64,000 nt of DNA from Chthoniobacterales bacterium (GCA_038322235.1 JBBQFQ010000021.1:1-64000), one strand, 5' to 3'. Positions 9,581 to 20,385 are shown, numbered from the stretch's first letter. Numbers and translations are program-made. The notes: generated from the sequence alone by a model not told the origin.

Positions 9581-10609
9581 TCACAGCGGCAGCTCTGTCT
9601 GCTCCCGCATGCCTCGCGGGGGCTGGACGCCGAGCTTCCGGTACGTCTTTTCCATCGCGACGCGACCCTGCGAGGTGCGCTTGAGATAGCCCTGCATGAT
9701 CAGGTACGGCTCATGCACTTCCTCGAGCGTGCCGGCTTCCTCTCCCACCGCCACGGCGAGGCTGCTCAGCCCGACGGGACCGCCGCTGAACTTGAAGACC
9801 AGCGCCTCGAGCACGCGCTTGTCCATCTCGTCGAGTCCGTCGGAATCGATGTCGCGCATGGTCAGCGCGGCGTCCGCGATCGCCTGCGTGATCCGGCCAT
9901 CGTGCCGCACCTGGGCAAAGTCGCGCACCCAGCGGAGGAGGTTGTTGGCGATCCGCGGGGTGCCGCGCGAACGGCTGGCGATCTCGAGCGCGCCGGCGGG
10001 CTCGATCTCGAGGCTCAACAAGCCGGCGCTGCGGATGACGATGCCCTGCAGCTCCGCCGCATTGTAGTAGTCGAGCCGGGCGTCCATGCCGAAGCGGGAC
10101 CGGAGCGGAGCGCTGAGCATCCCGGAGCGCGTCGTGGCGCCGATGAGCGTGAACTTCGGGAGGTTCAGCCGCACGCTGCGGGCGTTCGGGCCGCCATCGA
10201 TGATGATGTCCAGCTTGTAGTCCTCCATCGCGGGATAGAGGTACTCCTCGATCGTGGCCTGCAGCCGGTGAATCTCGTCGATGAAGAGCACATCACCCCG
10301 TTCCAGCGTGGTGAGGAGGCCGGCGAGATCGCCCGCCCGTTCGATGACGGGACCGCTGGTGCTCTTGAGGTTCACCCCCATCGACTGCGCGAGGATGTGC
10401 GCGAGGGTCGTCTTGCCAAGTCCCGGGGGGCCCGAGAGGAGAATGTGTTCGAGCACGTCCCCGCGGCCCTTTGCCGCGGCGACCATGAGCTCGAGCCGCT
10501 CCCGGACCTTCGGCTGACCGGCGAATTCGCTAAAGACGGGAGGCCGCAGCGAGAGGTCGAACGGCGTATCGGGCGCTTCGCCGAGATCGGTTTTGGAGGG
10601 GCCGGGCAC
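9581..10609 (-). CDS. ruvB: Holliday junction branch migration ATPase RuvB
   Basis: Walker [12 protein letters not shown], Walker [12 protein letters not shown], and a RuvB-specific C-terminal winged-helix region. 342 aa. Confidence 0.95.
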   Translation of the reverse strand: MPGPSKTDLGEAPDTPFDLSLRPPVFSEFAGQPKVRERLELMVAAAKGRGDVLEHILLSGPPGLGKTTLAHILAQSMGVNLKSTSGPVIERAGDLAGLLTTLERGDVLFIDEIHRLQATIEEYLYPAMEDYKLDIIIDGGPNARSVRLNLPKFTLIGATTRSGMLSAPLRSRFGMDARLDYYNAAELQGIVIRSAGLLSLEIEPAGALEIASRSRGTPRIANNLLRWVRDFAQVRHDGRITQAIADAALTMRDIDSDGLDEMDKRVLEALVFKFSGGPVGLSSLAVAVGEEAGTLEEVHEPYLIMQGYLKRTSQGRVAMEKTYRKLGVQPPRGMREQTELPL

Positions 10610-10699
10610 GGGAGTGTCTATCGCAGCAACGCCGGGGACGCAAAGGCGGGCCGATTTGGGGTTTCCGCCTTCCCCGTCCGCGGGTAGCGTTCCGCCGAC

Positions 10700-12034
10700 A
10701 TGAAGCGCCGCCTTGCCCTCGCTGCCGTCCTCACCCTCACCGCCGCGCTCTCCGCGCAGGAGACCCCGAAACCCTCGCGGGCACCCGCTCCGGCCGCGGC
10801 GAAAACGGACGGGGAGCAGCAGGACAAGATCGACAAGGACGAGGATAATGCCTACGCCAACCTCCAGCTGATCGCGAAGGCGCTGCAGCTGATCCGCCAG
10901 GACTACGTCGACGGGGGAAAGGTCACGTACCGCGATCTAACCTACAACGCGCTTCGCGGGATGCTGGGCGCGCTCGATCCTCATTCCCAGTTCATGGAGC
11001 CCGAGGGCTTCAAGGAAATGCAGGACGATACGCGTAGCCGCTATGATGGGCTCGGCCTCGTCGTCTCCACGCGCGATGGCATCCTCACGGTGGTCACGCC
11101 CGTCGACAACGGACCGGCCGCGAAGGCCGGCATTCAAAGCGGCGACGTGATCGTCAAGATCAACGGAAAACAGACCGAACGGCTGCAGGTGAACGACGCC
11201 GTCGGGATGCTCAAAGGGAAACCAAACGAGAAAATCATGCTCACCGTGCTCCGTCCGAGCAATCGGGAGCTGAAGGACTACGAGCTCACCCGGACGGAGA
11301 TCAAGGTGGAGAGCGTGAAGGACGTGCGTCTCGTCTCGACCGAACCGAACGGCGCCGGGATGAAAATCGGGTTCGTCCGGATCACCCAGTTCAACGAACC
11401 GACGGCGGAAGACCTCGCGAAGCGGCTCGACGAACTGCAGAAGGAAGGCATGAGCGCGCTCGTGCTCGATCTGCGCAACAACCCCGGGGGTCTGCTCAAC
11501 AGTGCGGTCGATGTCTGCGGACTCTTCGTCCAGCCCGGCACGATGGTCTGCTATACCGATGGCCGTGCGCCCTCGGCGAACCGCGTCTACCGAACGGCCA
11601 CCACCGGAAAGCCCCGGGCCGACTACCCGATCGCGGTCCTCATCAACAATGGGAGTGCCAGCGGCGCCGAGATCGTCGCCGGGGCGCTCAAGGACCTGAA
11701 TCGAGCGATCATTGTCGGCGAGCGCAGCTTTGGAAAAGGCTCGGTGCAGAGTGTGATCACGCTGCCGGACAGTTCCGCCCTCCGACTCACCACCGCGAAG
11801 TACTATACGCCGAGCCGCCAGGTCATTCACGAGCGTGGGATCGAACCAAACATCCGGTCCGTCCTCACCCCTGAACAGGAGCGGGCGCTCGCCGTCCGGC
11901 GGAATTCCGAGCAACACACTGAGGCGGAGCGGCGCGAGGCGGAGGCGGTGAAGGATCCGCAGCTGGATCGGGCGGTCGATGCCTTGAAGGGAATGATGAT
12001 CTACCGCCAGCAGCAGGCGGGCGGGAAGAAGTGA
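10700..12034 (+). CDS. carboxy-terminal processing protease (S41 family, PDZ domain)
   Basis: Signal peptide, PDZ ([10 protein letters not shown]), S41 catalytic block ([17 protein letters not shown]...[11 protein letters not shown]). Confidence 0.9.
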   Translation: MKRRLALAAVLTLTAALSAQETPKPSRAPAPAAAKTDGEQQDKIDKDEDNAYANLQLIAKALQLIRQDYVDGGKVTYRDLTYNALRGMLGALDPHSQFMEPEGFKEMQDDTRSRYDGLGLVVSTRDGILTVVTPVDNGPAAKAGIQSGDVIVKINGKQTERLQVNDAVGMLKGKPNEKIMLTVLRPSNRELKDYELTRTEIKVESVKDVRLVSTEPNGAGMKIGFVRITQFNEPTAEDLAKRLDELQKEGMSALVLDLRNNPGGLLNSAVDVCGLFVQPGTMVCYTDGRAPSANRVYRTATTGKPRADYPIAVLINNGSASGAEIVAGALKDLNRAIIVGERSFGKGSVQSVITLPDSSALRLTTAKYYTPSRQVIHERGIEPNIRSVLTPEQERALAVRRNSEQHTEAERREAEAVKDPQLDRAVDALKGMMIYRQQQAGGKK

Positions 12035-12141
12035 CCGGACCGCAAACGCCGGGTCCGCGGGAGAGGATTCGAAAAACGATTGGCGCGCCGGAGTGAGACC
12101 GACATGCTCCGCGACTGGCCGGCGCATCGCCGGGGAAACTC

Positions 12142-13584
12142 ATGAACTCGGAAAATACTTCGCCCACCTCCGTCCCCAATCCTGCGGAGGTCGCCTCCAC
12201 GCCGACGAGCTGGCGGCTGGCCATTGCGGGGGCCGTCTGCGCGCTCGGACTGCTGGCTTGGTTTTGCCAGGGCTTCATCGGTCTCCGCGGTCAGGCCGTG
12301 GCCGGCGTCTTCTGTTTCTTCGGGCTCGTCGCCCTGGCTTCCACGAACCTGAGGGCGGTGAACTGGCGGACGATTGCGTTTGGCTTTGGCCTCCAGCTGA
12401 TCCTCGCGCTCCTCGTGCTGAAAGTGCCGGCGTTCTACGCCGGATTCGAGGCCATCGGCGGCGTCGTGAAAAAGTTCATCGGATTCTCCGACGAGGGCGC
12501 CAAGTTTGTCTTCGGAAATCTCTACGACGCGCGACCGGCCCAGTTTGGGGGGACCTGGTCAAAGGTCTTTGGCGCGGACTACATGTTCCAGTTCGCCTTC
12601 GTCGCCCTCCCACCCATCCTCTTCGTCTCGGCTTTTTTCACGGTGCTGTATCACTTCGGGATCGTGCAGTGGTGCGTTCGCCTGCTGGCCCGCGTGATGG
12701 TGTATCTGATGGGTACGAGCGGAGCCGAGACGCTCTCGGTTTCGGCGAATGTCTTCATGGGTCAGACGGAGGCCCCGCTCATCGTGAAGGCCTACGTCCC
12801 CCGCATGACGAACTCGGAGTTGTTCGCCCTGATGGTGAGCGGATTCGCGCACATCTCCGGTGGAATGATGGTCGTCTACATCAACTACGGCGCCGATCCG
12901 GTGGCGGTGTTGACCACGTGTGTGATGGCGTGCCCGTGCAGTCTCTACCTCGCGAAGCTTTGTCTGCCGGAGCTCTCGACGCCCGAGACGGGCGGGACGG
13001 TGGAGACCGCGCGGGAGAAGTCGCCCTATGCAAACGCCGTGGATGCCGCTGCCTCGGGCACGACCGACGGCTTGCGCCTCGCGCTGAACGTCGCGGCGAT
13101 GCTGATCGTTTTCATCGCGTTCATCGCGATGTTCGATGCGCTGATCGGCGGCATCAAACCTTCGCTCGTCCGCCTCGGTCTGAATCCGGCCACGGTGTCC
13201 GGCTGGCCGGACGACCTCTCGCTCCGGATGATCTTCGGCTGGTTGTTTTCGCCGGCCGCGTTTCTGATGGGGGTCGAGGCGAAGGACATTCAGAACGTGG
13301 GGACCCTTTTGGGCGCGAAGCTCGCGATCAACGAGCATTTCGCCTATCTCCAGATGAAGGGCTGGAAGGCGATCCCGGACTTCATGACGGTCCGCTCCTA
13401 TCAGCTCACGGCGTTCGCCCTGACGGGTTTTGCGAACTTCTCGTCCGTCGGCATCCAGCTCGGCGGCATCGGCGCCCTCGCGCCGGAGCGTCGTGGCGAT
13501 CTCGCGCGGCTGGGAGCGCGCGCCCTCTACGTGGGATTCATCGCCACGATGCTGAACGCCGCGCTCGCCGGGATTTTGCTTTGA
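12142..13584 (+). CDS. NupC/CNT-family concentrative nucleoside transporter
   Basis: Multi-TM protein with conserved CNT motifs (FSDEGAKFVFG; ETLSVSANVFMGQTEAPL). Confidence 0.85.
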   Translation: MNSENTSPTSVPNPAEVASTPTSWRLAIAGAVCALGLLAWFCQGFIGLRGQAVAGVFCFFGLVALASTNLRAVNWRTIAFGFGLQLILALLVLKVPAFYAGFEAIGGVVKKFIGFSDEGAKFVFGNLYDARPAQFGGTWSKVFGADYMFQFAFVALPPILFVSAFFTVLYHFGIVQWCVRLLARVMVYLMGTSGAETLSVSANVFMGQTEAPLIVKAYVPRMTNSELFALMVSGFAHISGGMMVVYINYGADPVAVLTTCVMACPCSLYLAKLCLPELSTPETGGTVETAREKSPYANAVDAAASGTTDGLRLALNVAAMLIVFIAFIAMFDALIGGIKPSLVRLGLNPATVSGWPDDLSLRMIFGWLFSPAAFLMGVEAKDIQNVGTLLGAKLAINEHFAYLQMKGWKAIPDFMTVRSYQLTAFALTGFANFSSVGIQLGGIGALAPERRGDLARLGARALYVGFIATMLNAALAGILL

Positions 13585-13629
13585 GGCGCATTCCGCTTGT
13601 TCCGCCGTGGGACGCGGTATCTTCGGCCC

Positions 13630-14094
13630 ATGGCTGAAGGCGTTCTCACCCACCTCGGACCCGATGGCTCGGCCCGGATGGTCGACATCTCGGCGAAGCC
13701 GATCTCGCTGCGCGAAGCGAGGGCGGAAGGATTTATCGCGCTCGCAGCTGCGACCCTCGGACTGATCAGTTCCCACGGCATCCCGAAGGGCGACGTTCTC
13801 GCCGCCGCCCGGCTCGCGGGCATCATGGCGGCGAAACGGACGGACGCTCTCATTCCCCTTTGCCACCAACTCCAGCTCAAGGCGGTGGAGGTCACGTTCA
13901 CCGGCCGCACCGATGGCATCGCGATCCGGGCCGAGGTGAAAACGGTGGGTCGCACGGGCGCCGAGATGGAGGCGCTCACGGCCGTGAGCGTGGCGGCCCT
14001 GACGATTTACGACATGTGCAAGGCGGTGGACAAGACCATGCGCATCGAAGGGATCCACCTGCTCGCCAAATCGAAGACTCCCGTGGCATCATGA
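13630..14094 (+). CDS. moaC: cyclic pyranopterin monophosphate synthase MoaC
   Basis: MoaC signature (LTHL..G.ARMVDISAKPISLREA...; CKAVDKTMRI). Start set at the internal ATG (MAEGVLTHL) of the longer ORF. Confidence 0.9.
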   Translation: MAEGVLTHLGPDGSARMVDISAKPISLREARAEGFIALAAATLGLISSHGIPKGDVLAAARLAGIMAAKRTDALIPLCHQLQLKAVEVTFTGRTDGIAIRAEVKTVGRTGAEMEALTAVSVAALTIYDMCKAVDKTMRIEGIHLLAKSKTPVAS

Positions 14095-14873
14095 AGCGGA
14101 CTTTTTTTGCGGTCATCATTTCCGCCATCCTGACCCTCGCCGGCGCAGCGCGATCATCGGGCGCGATCTCCGACGCCGAGGCTCGTGACGCCGGCATGCG
14201 CCTTTGGAAAAACGAGTGCGGCGGGTCGGTCGAGGGCCTGACTTCCTGGAATCAGGGCGAGGATTTTCCTTCGCTCGGGATCGGCCATTTCATCTGGTAT
14301 CCGGCGGGCCGATCGGGTCCATTCGAAGAAAGCTTTCCGCGGCTCGTGGCATTTCTGGCGGCCCGGGGCGTCGCCTTGCCGGCGTGGTTGCGAGATGCGC
14401 GAGGCTGTCCCTGGCAGAGTCGCGAGGCCTTCAACGCGGAACGCCAGGGCCCGCGCCTGAGCGAACTGCGCGCGCTGCTTGCGCGGACCGTCGCGGAGCA
14501 GGCGCGGTTCGCGGCCGGGCGCCTGGAGTCGGCGCTCCCGCAGATGGTCGCAGCCGCGCCGCCAGCCCTCCGGGAGTCTGTTTCGGCGCGCTACCAGCGC
14601 GTTCTGACCGCGTCGGGAGGCGTTTACGCGCTCGTCGACTACGTGAATTTCAAGGGCGAGGGCGTGAAGCTGACGGAGCGCTACGCCGGTCAGGGCTGGG
14701 GATTGTTGCAGGTGCTCGAAGCGATGCGGGACGGTTCGACGCCGCTCAGGGCATTCTCCGACGCCGCCGATCAGGTTTTGACTCAGCGCGTTCGAAACTC
14801 GCCGCCGGAACGGGGAGAATCGCGGTGGCTCGCGGGTTGGCGAAGCCGGGTTCGCACCTACGGGCCGCGATAA
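14091..14873 (+). CDS. hypothetical secreted protein
   Basis: ATGA overlap with moaC stop. Signal peptide MKRTFFAVIISAILTLAGAA. No recognisable domain. Confidence 0.5.
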   Translation: MKRTFFAVIISAILTLAGAARSSGAISDAEARDAGMRLWKNECGGSVEGLTSWNQGEDFPSLGIGHFIWYPAGRSGPFEESFPRLVAFLAARGVALPAWLRDARGCPWQSREAFNAERQGPRLSELRALLARTVAEQARFAAGRLESALPQMVAAAPPALRESVSARYQRVLTASGGVYALVDYVNFKGEGVKLTERYAGQGWGLLQVLEAMRDGSTPLRAFSDAADQVLTQRVRNSPPERGESRWLAGWRSRVRTYGPR

Positions 14874-14938
14874 CGCAAGATCGGCGGGTGTGAGACGGGA
14901 TTGGGTGATTCTTCCGGCACCGAATTCGATAGACAGCC

Positions 14939-15250
14939 ATGCGTCCTCCTCCCACTGTCCGCCACGTGAAAACCAGACAGTTCCTGATCCCAATGTGCGC
15001 GCTCGCAGGTGTCCTCCTGGCGGGCTGCGCTTCTCAACCTCCCGCAGTCGCCGCCAATGCCGCAGCGAAAGAGCGACGTACGTTCACCGAAGCCGCCCCT
15101 CTGACGGGCTCCAACATGCGCCGCGTCTACCGCGAGGATGAAGCACCGGCAGCTTCCGCCACGGCCGGGGGCGTGATCAGTGGTGATGCGACGCGCGCAG
15201 CCGGCCAGCTGGGCAGCGGTTCCGCGGGATACCGCCCGGGAGGCGGCTAG
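14939..15250 (+). CDS. small putative lipoprotein
   Basis: Lipobox LLAGC after a positively charged n-region. About 100 aa. Ends by overlapping the stop of the convergent nuclease gene. Weak support. Confidence 0.35.
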   Translation: MRPPPTVRHVKTRQFLIPMCALAGVLLAGCASQPPAVAANAAAKERRTFTEAAPLTGSNMRRVYREDEAPAASATAGGVISGDATRAAGQLGSGSAGYRPGGG

Positions 15251-16530
15251 TTTTCCTTTTTCGTTCGGGGTGCGTTGGTTCCATCCGCGCCAGCGCACTC
15301 GTCGGCGAGACGGAGGGGCCAGTCGGGCGTCTGGAAAAAGAGCGGCTTTTCGCGCAGATAGCGGGCGCGACGCGCCAAAAACTCCGTGTTCAAGGCCGAT
15401 CCTGCGACCCCGAGGTCGGGATAGCGGGCGAGCGCGAGCCGACGGGCTTCCAACTCCGTGGTGATTTTGGGCGCCTCCGCGGGCATTTCGACGCCGGGGC
15501 CCTTGTCTGTCACCGCTGGTGGCGCCGCGGGTTTCGCGTTCGGCTCGGGCCAGATCGCGAGGAGGATTTGCGCGAGGCGCCAGCCGCCCTGTGCCATCTG
15601 GAGTCCCATCGCGTCGACGGCCCGCTGGTCGTAATTTGAGGGCAACTGCGCGTGCCACTCGTTCTTGAAGGGTTCCTTCGCGTTTCGACTGCGATTCGGC
15701 ACCTGGGTTCGCGGGCCGAGCTTAATCCCCTCGTGCGCTTCGCGGCAAAGCGGAAGCATCGCGGTCGCCCATTGGAACGGCCACGTTTCGGGTTCGCCCC
15801 TCCCGCCCCACGCCGGCTTCGGCTGAATCATCTTCATGAGCCAGCCACCATAAACTTCCGGATTCACTCCGCCCGTCGCGCGCTGCATGGCCTTCTGCAG
15901 GTAGAGGACGTCCCAGCAGTAGTGCATGTTTCCCGGCCCGACGATGAGGCCATTTCCTCCGAAGTCGTCGTGAAAGGTGCCGGCGGCCCAGCCGGCGGGA
16001 TCGATGAACTCCTGCCGACCCCCCACATCCGCGATGTAGCTCGCTCCGATGTGCCAGGGCTGCTGAAGGTCCCCGGCGAAGTGCGCGAGCAGCAGGAGTG
16101 CGACGCGGGGCGTGATGCCGGTTGGGTTTTCCGCCGGGCTGGCGGTTCCGCGCAGGATCTTGATCACGCGCGAGTAGAGATGGACCAGGTCCTGCGGGTC
16201 GGCCCCCGTGAGATCAACGCGGTACTCCGTCACCTGAAACGGGACGTCGGTGTAGTGATAGCGTCCGTGCTCGGGGTTCTTCGCGACGTAGTCGCGCGCT
16301 TCTTCGTCGCGGGCCCCGCCCTTGATCGTATCGGCCCAGACGGTCGCGCGGGCGAGGGTTTCGCCGGGGCGAAGCAGCTTCCGCACTTCGGCCGCGGCCT
16401 GCGTCCCGCGAATGTGCTGCTGGGCGAGCCAGCCGACGGTCGTATGCCCGTCCGGGCCCCACGCCCGGGCGGACCCGCCGAAGGTGGAAAGGCCCAGCAG
16501 CCAGAGGGAAGCAAGAGCGAGCCGAGCCAT
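15247..16530 (-). CDS. S1/P1-family zinc nuclease with long C-terminal extension
   Basis: Signal peptide then the hallmark WGPDGH motif of S1/P1 nucleases. 427 aa, versus about 270 for canonical members. Confidence 0.75.
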   Translation of the reverse strand: MARLALASLWLLGLSTFGGSARAWGPDGHTTVGWLAQQHIRGTQAAAEVRKLLRPGETLARATVWADTIKGGARDEEARDYVAKNPEHGRYHYTDVPFQVTEYRVDLTGADPQDLVHLYSRVIKILRGTASPAENPTGITPRVALLLLAHFAGDLQQPWHIGASYIADVGGRQEFIDPAGWAAGTFHDDFGGNGLIVGPGNMHYCWDVLYLQKAMQRATGGVNPEVYGGWLMKMIQPKPAWGGRGEPETWPFQWATAMLPLCREAHEGIKLGPRTQVPNRSRNAKEPFKNEWHAQLPSNYDQRAVDAMGLQMAQGGWRLAQILLAIWPEPNAKPAAPPAVTDKGPGVEMPAEAPKITTELEARRLALARYPDLGVAGSALNTEFLARRARYLREKPLFFQTPDWPLRLADECAGADGTNAPRTKKEN

Positions 16531-16628
16531 CGATCTTCGCTCGCAGATTCGGGAGACGGTCGCAAGCCGGAATCCGCGCGGTGGAGGCCGGGCTTGATTC
16601 CGGCCGGAACCCGGCGCTTCCTGCCGGC

Positions 16629-17369
16629 ATGCTTATCGCGATTCTCGGCGGGACTTCGGCGATCGCGCACTATACCGCGCGGGAGTTTGCCCGCATCGAG
16701 CACGCGCGGTTCTTTCTCGTCGGCCGGAATCGCGAGCGACTGGAGGCGATAGCGGCCGACTTGCGGGCGTTCGGCGCCACGGACTGCGGCGTCGGAGTGC
16801 TCGATTTTTCCTCGCCCTCGGCCGCGGGCGAGTGGCTCGTCGAGTGTGAGCGAGTCTGTGCCGCGAGGCCGGATCTCGTCCTCATCGCCCACGGCTCCCT
16901 GAGTGACGAGGCCCGCGCGGCCGTCGATCCCGTTTACGCCACGCAGGAGATCGACGTGAACTTCGCGAGCACGGTGCGCCTCGCCTACGCCGCCGCCGCG
17001 GATTTCCGCGCGCGCGGTTCCGGCCACCTCGTCATCGTCACGTCGGTCGCCGGCGAGCGCGGCCGGGCTTCGAATTTCTTTTACGGCGCGGCGAAAGCCG
17101 GTCTCATCGCATTTTGCTCCGGACTCCGGGCGTCGCTCTCCCGGGTCGGGATCCAACTCACCGAACTGCGCCCGGGCACGATCGCCACCCCCATGACGGC
17201 TCATCTGCCGGCGGGCGCCCTCGTTTGTGAGGTCGGCAAGGCGGGCCGGCTCTGCGCGAAAGCGATCCGCGGCCGGAAGGATGTTGCGCACATTCCCGGC
17301 CTCTGGCGGTGGATCATGCTCGTCATCCGTCTCCTGCCGGAGACCGTTTTCAAGCAGGTGAAGTTTTAA
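16629..17369 (+). CDS. SDR-family short-chain dehydrogenase/reductase
   Basis: Rossmann GxxxGxG-like start (ILGGTSAIAHY) and YxxxK catalytic motif (YGAAKAG). Confidence 0.8.
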   Translation: MLIAILGGTSAIAHYTAREFARIEHARFFLVGRNRERLEAIAADLRAFGATDCGVGVLDFSSPSAAGEWLVECERVCAARPDLVLIAHGSLSDEARAAVDPVYATQEIDVNFASTVRLAYAAAADFRARGSGHLVIVTSVAGERGRASNFFYGAAKAGLIAFCSGLRASLSRVGIQLTELRPGTIATPMTAHLPAGALVCEVGKAGRLCAKAIRGRKDVAHIPGLWRWIMLVIRLLPETVFKQVKF

Positions 17370-17480
17370 GCGGGGTTCGTTTTTTCCCGTCGCCCCCGCG
17401 GATCCGATCCGAAAATCGCATGACAAATCACGCGGGTCGGGCTACCTCCCTTTTCGCTGCGATTCGCAGCGCACATCAAA

Positions 17481-17554
17481 CGGGCTGTGGCTCAGCTTGG
17501 TAGAGCGCTTGGATGGGGTCCAAGAGGTCCAGGGTTCAAATCCCTGCAGCCCGA
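17481..17554 (+). tRNA. tRNA-Pro(GGG): tRNA-Pro (anticodon GGG)
   Basis: Cloverleaf folded by hand. Acceptor stem CGGGCUG/CAGCCCG, U8, D-arm GCUC..GAGC, anticodon stem CUUGG/CCAAG with loop AUGGGGU (U33, anticodon GGG), T-arm CAGGG-UUCAAAU-CCCUG, discriminator A. No encoded CCA. Confidence 0.9.
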
Positions 17555-17557
17555 GAT

Positions 17558-17583
17558 GCGCCGGGAAAACCGGGTTCCCGGCC
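17558..17583 (+). terminator. GC hairpin immediately 3' of tRNA-Pro (no U-tract)
   Basis: CCGGGAA-AACCGGG-TTCCCGG forms a 7-bp stem starting 4 nt after the tRNA 3' end. No T-run, so weak. Confidence 0.3.
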
Positions 17584-17974
17584 TGCGCGTCGCAACTATA
17601 GTGACCTGATCGCAAGCGACTTCCTCGTGGGCGACTTGCATGAGGCTCGCACGGGACGATGGTTCCGTGTTCTTTGTCTGCTTAATGAGCCGGTCGCAGG
17701 ATCGGCTCAGCGGGGGACCCAAATCCCGTCGGTGGGGCACGCGAGTGCTTCGCCGGCTTGGGGCGAACGGCGCTGCGGCGTCGGGAAGACTGATCCCTTC
17801 CAGCCCGACAGCTAACCCCGTCAGCACATCACCGATCAGGGCAAGGGAAGGATTCGCCTCCTCCGACCGTGGGGTCCAAGGGACGGCCGCTCCCCCATCC
17901 GCGAGCAGCCTCAGACCCCATCCGGCCGCCGCCGCAACCGGCGGCCATCCAAACCCCAAATCGGAGGTTCCTTC

Positions 17975-20044
17975 ATGAACCAGACCTACCTCATCGCGGC
18001 GGGCGTCATCGCTTTGCTGCTCATCGCCGCCTTCTGGCTGTGCGGCATTCGTTACATCCCTCACAATCGGATCGGCATCGTCGAAAAATTGTGGTCCCGC
18101 AAAGGCTCGCTCACCGGCGGACGCATCATCGCGCTCGACGGCGAGGCGGGCTTCCAGACCCGCATCCTGCGCGGCGGTATTCAGCTCGGGTTCTACCCGT
18201 GGCAATACCGCATCCATCACCAGCCTCTCGTGACGGTCGCGGAGGGTCGGATCGGCTACGTCTACGCGCGCGACGGGGCTCCGCTCCCGCCCACGCAGAC
18301 GCTTGGTCGGGTGGTGGAATGCACGAGCTTCCAGGAGGCTCGCGTCTTCCTGACCGAAGGTGGCCAGCGCGGGCGCCAGCGGGCGATCGTGCGGGAAGGC
18401 GTCTACGCGATGAACACGGCGCTCTTCATCGTGATCACGGAGGACGGGGTCTACGCCGGCCCGGGAACCGAGGCGGAAAAGGCGAAGTTCGCGGCCTGGC
18501 AGAATGAACTGTTGGAGTCCGGCGGCTTCGCGCCCGTCTTGATCGGCTTCGGCGGCACCGACATGAAGGTGATCGCCCAGACGATCGCTCCGGGTAGCGA
18601 TGCGAACAGCGCCAGCTCGATCACGCTGAGCGATAACATCGGCGTGGTCTCGGTCCATGATGGTCCCACCATCGGCAGCGGCGAGATCATCGCGCCGGAA
18701 GTTGGCGGTCACGCGGGCGAGAGCAGCCACAATTACTTCCAGGACCCCGAGGCGTTTCTCGCGCTCGGCGGACGTCGCGGAAAGCAGCTTCAAGTGCTCA
18801 CCGATGGAACATTCTTCCTGAACCGCTGGTTCGCTTCGGTCGAAGTCCAGCCGAAGACGCTCATCCCGATCGGATATGTCGGGGTCGTGGTGGGCTATTA
18901 CGGTGATGCCGGTGCGGATACCACCGGGACCGGCTTCCGCTACGGAGAGCAGGTCGACCGCGGCCAGCGGGGTGTCTGGCGCAGCGCCCTGCCGCCCGGC
19001 AAGTACGCGCTCAACCCGTACGCCCTGAAGGTCGAACTCGTGCCGACGGTGAACTTTGTGCTGCGCTGGATCAACGGCCAGACGGAGGCGCATCGCTATG
19101 ACGCCGAGCTCTCCAGCATCGAGCTCATCACGGCCGACGGCTACGAGCCGCTGCTCCCGCTCTCGCTCGTGCTCCACATCGACTACGAAAAAGCGTCGAG
19201 CGTGATCCAGCGCTTCGGTGACGTGAAGCGCCTCATCTCGCAGACGCTGGATCCGATCCTCACCGCTTACTTCCGCGACATCGCGCAGTCGTCCTCGATG
19301 CTCGACCTCCTGACGAAGCGCGAGGAAATCCAGTCGCGCGCCACGGCGGAACTCGGGCGCCGGTTCGCCGCCTACGACATCAACTGCGTCGCGGTCCTGA
19401 TCGGGCGCCCGGAATCGGTCATCGCCGCGGGCAGCGGTCGCGAGGATCCGATCGAGCGCCTCTTCGACCAGTTGCGCGTGCGCCGTCTCGCGGAGGAGCA
19501 AAAGGAGACGTTCGCCAAGCAGGAGGAAGCCGCGAACCGGCTCAAGCAGCTCAACGAGGCCAACGCCGCCGCGGAAAAGCAGAAGGAGCTCACGCAAACG
19601 CGCATCGACATCGAGGTGGCGGGCAACCGTGGTTCCGCCCAGCTCGCCGAGGCCGAACGCCTCGCCAAGCGCGACATCGCGCGAGCCGAGGGCGAAAGCC
19701 GCTCGCAGCAGTTGCTCGGCGCCGGTGAGGCGTCGCGCATCCAGCAAATCGGTGCCTCGGAAGCGCTGGTCAACCAGCAGAAGATCACCGCCTATGGCGA
19801 CCCGCGCCTCTTCGCGCTCAGCCTGCTGGGCGAGCAACTCGCCCGGAGCAAGCAACCGCTCGTTCCGCAGCAGCTCTTCATGCAGGGTGGCGGCGAGGGC
19901 GGCTCCGGAGCCGCCGCGTCGAGCCTGCTCACTCAGCTTCTCACGCTGCTCGTCGCCGAGAAAAGTGGCACGCCGTTCCACGTGGATCTGACGCCGCCCG
20001 TGGCCCCGCCGGCCGAATCCATCGCGCCGGTCAAGAAAGCGTGA
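17975..20044 (+). CDS. flotillin-like SPFH/Band-7 domain protein (YqiK/FloT-like), 689 aa
   Basis: N-terminal TM helix, SPFH core (IPHNRIGIVEKLWSRKGSL...ILRGGIQLGFYPWQY), and a long coiled-coil/flotillin-type region (EQKETFAKQEEAANRLKQLNEANAAAEKQKEL). Good SD (GGAGG) 7 nt upstream of the ATG. Confidence 0.85.
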   Translation: MNQTYLIAAGVIALLLIAAFWLCGIRYIPHNRIGIVEKLWSRKGSLTGGRIIALDGEAGFQTRILRGGIQLGFYPWQYRIHHQPLVTVAEGRIGYVYARDGAPLPPTQTLGRVVECTSFQEARVFLTEGGQRGRQRAIVREGVYAMNTALFIVITEDGVYAGPGTEAEKAKFAAWQNELLESGGFAPVLIGFGGTDMKVIAQTIAPGSDANSASSITLSDNIGVVSVHDGPTIGSGEIIAPEVGGHAGESSHNYFQDPEAFLALGGRRGKQLQVLTDGTFFLNRWFASVEVQPKTLIPIGYVGVVVGYYGDAGADTTGTGFRYGEQVDRGQRGVWRSALPPGKYALNPYALKVELVPTVNFVLRWINGQTEAHRYDAELSSIELITADGYEPLLPLSLVLHIDYEKASSVIQRFGDVKRLISQTLDPILTAYFRDIAQSSSMLDLLTKREEIQSRATAELGRRFAAYDINCVAVLIGRPESVIAAGSGREDPIERLFDQLRVRRLAEEQKETFAKQEEAANRLKQLNEANAAAEKQKELTQTRIDIEVAGNRGSAQLAEAERLAKRDIARAEGESRSQQLLGAGEASRIQQIGASEALVNQQKITAYGDPRLFALSLLGEQLARSKQPLVPQQLFMQGGGEGGSGAAASSLLTQLLTLLVAEKSGTPFHVDLTPPVAPPAESIAPVKKA

Positions 20045-20076
20045 CGGTCCCTTCTTCTGCGCGCTGAATTCGACAT

Positions 20077-20108
20077 CCGCCGCGGATGGCACCCGCCATC
20101 CGCGGCGT
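20077..20108 (+). terminator. strong GC hairpin 3' of flotillin-like gene
   Basis: CGCCGCGGATGG-CACCCG-CCATCCGCGGCG (12-bp stem) starts 34 nt after the stop. The T-tract is weak (TCATGTTTCT). Confidence 0.4.
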
Positions 20109-20385
20109 CATGTTTCTGCGGGGAAAATTTCGCCGCCCAGTGGTCTGGCGCCTCGCCCGGGAACCATTCACCGAAGCGGACGCCGCGGTCCCGGGATGGG
20201 ATCGGGAGGTCGAGGCGGGCCGGGAGAGATCATCTTCGATGAGCGACACCGCCCATTCGCCGGCGGTGGCCCGGCCGGCTGGGTCCGGCCGGCAGATTCG
20301 GGAGCAGCCGCGGTGTGGGAACGACCGCGTTCGGGCGGGGGAGGGGTCCGAAGACGTTTCCGCGTGATCTCCCGCGAGGCCTTGA

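Noticed and set aside
17555-17974. 420-bp gap after tRNA-Pro examined for tmRNA, RNase P RNA or an integrase attachment-site repeat.
   Set aside because: No tRNA-like 3' domain, no RNase P conserved boxes and no repeat of the tRNA 3' end were seen. Only a short GC hairpin directly after the tRNA.
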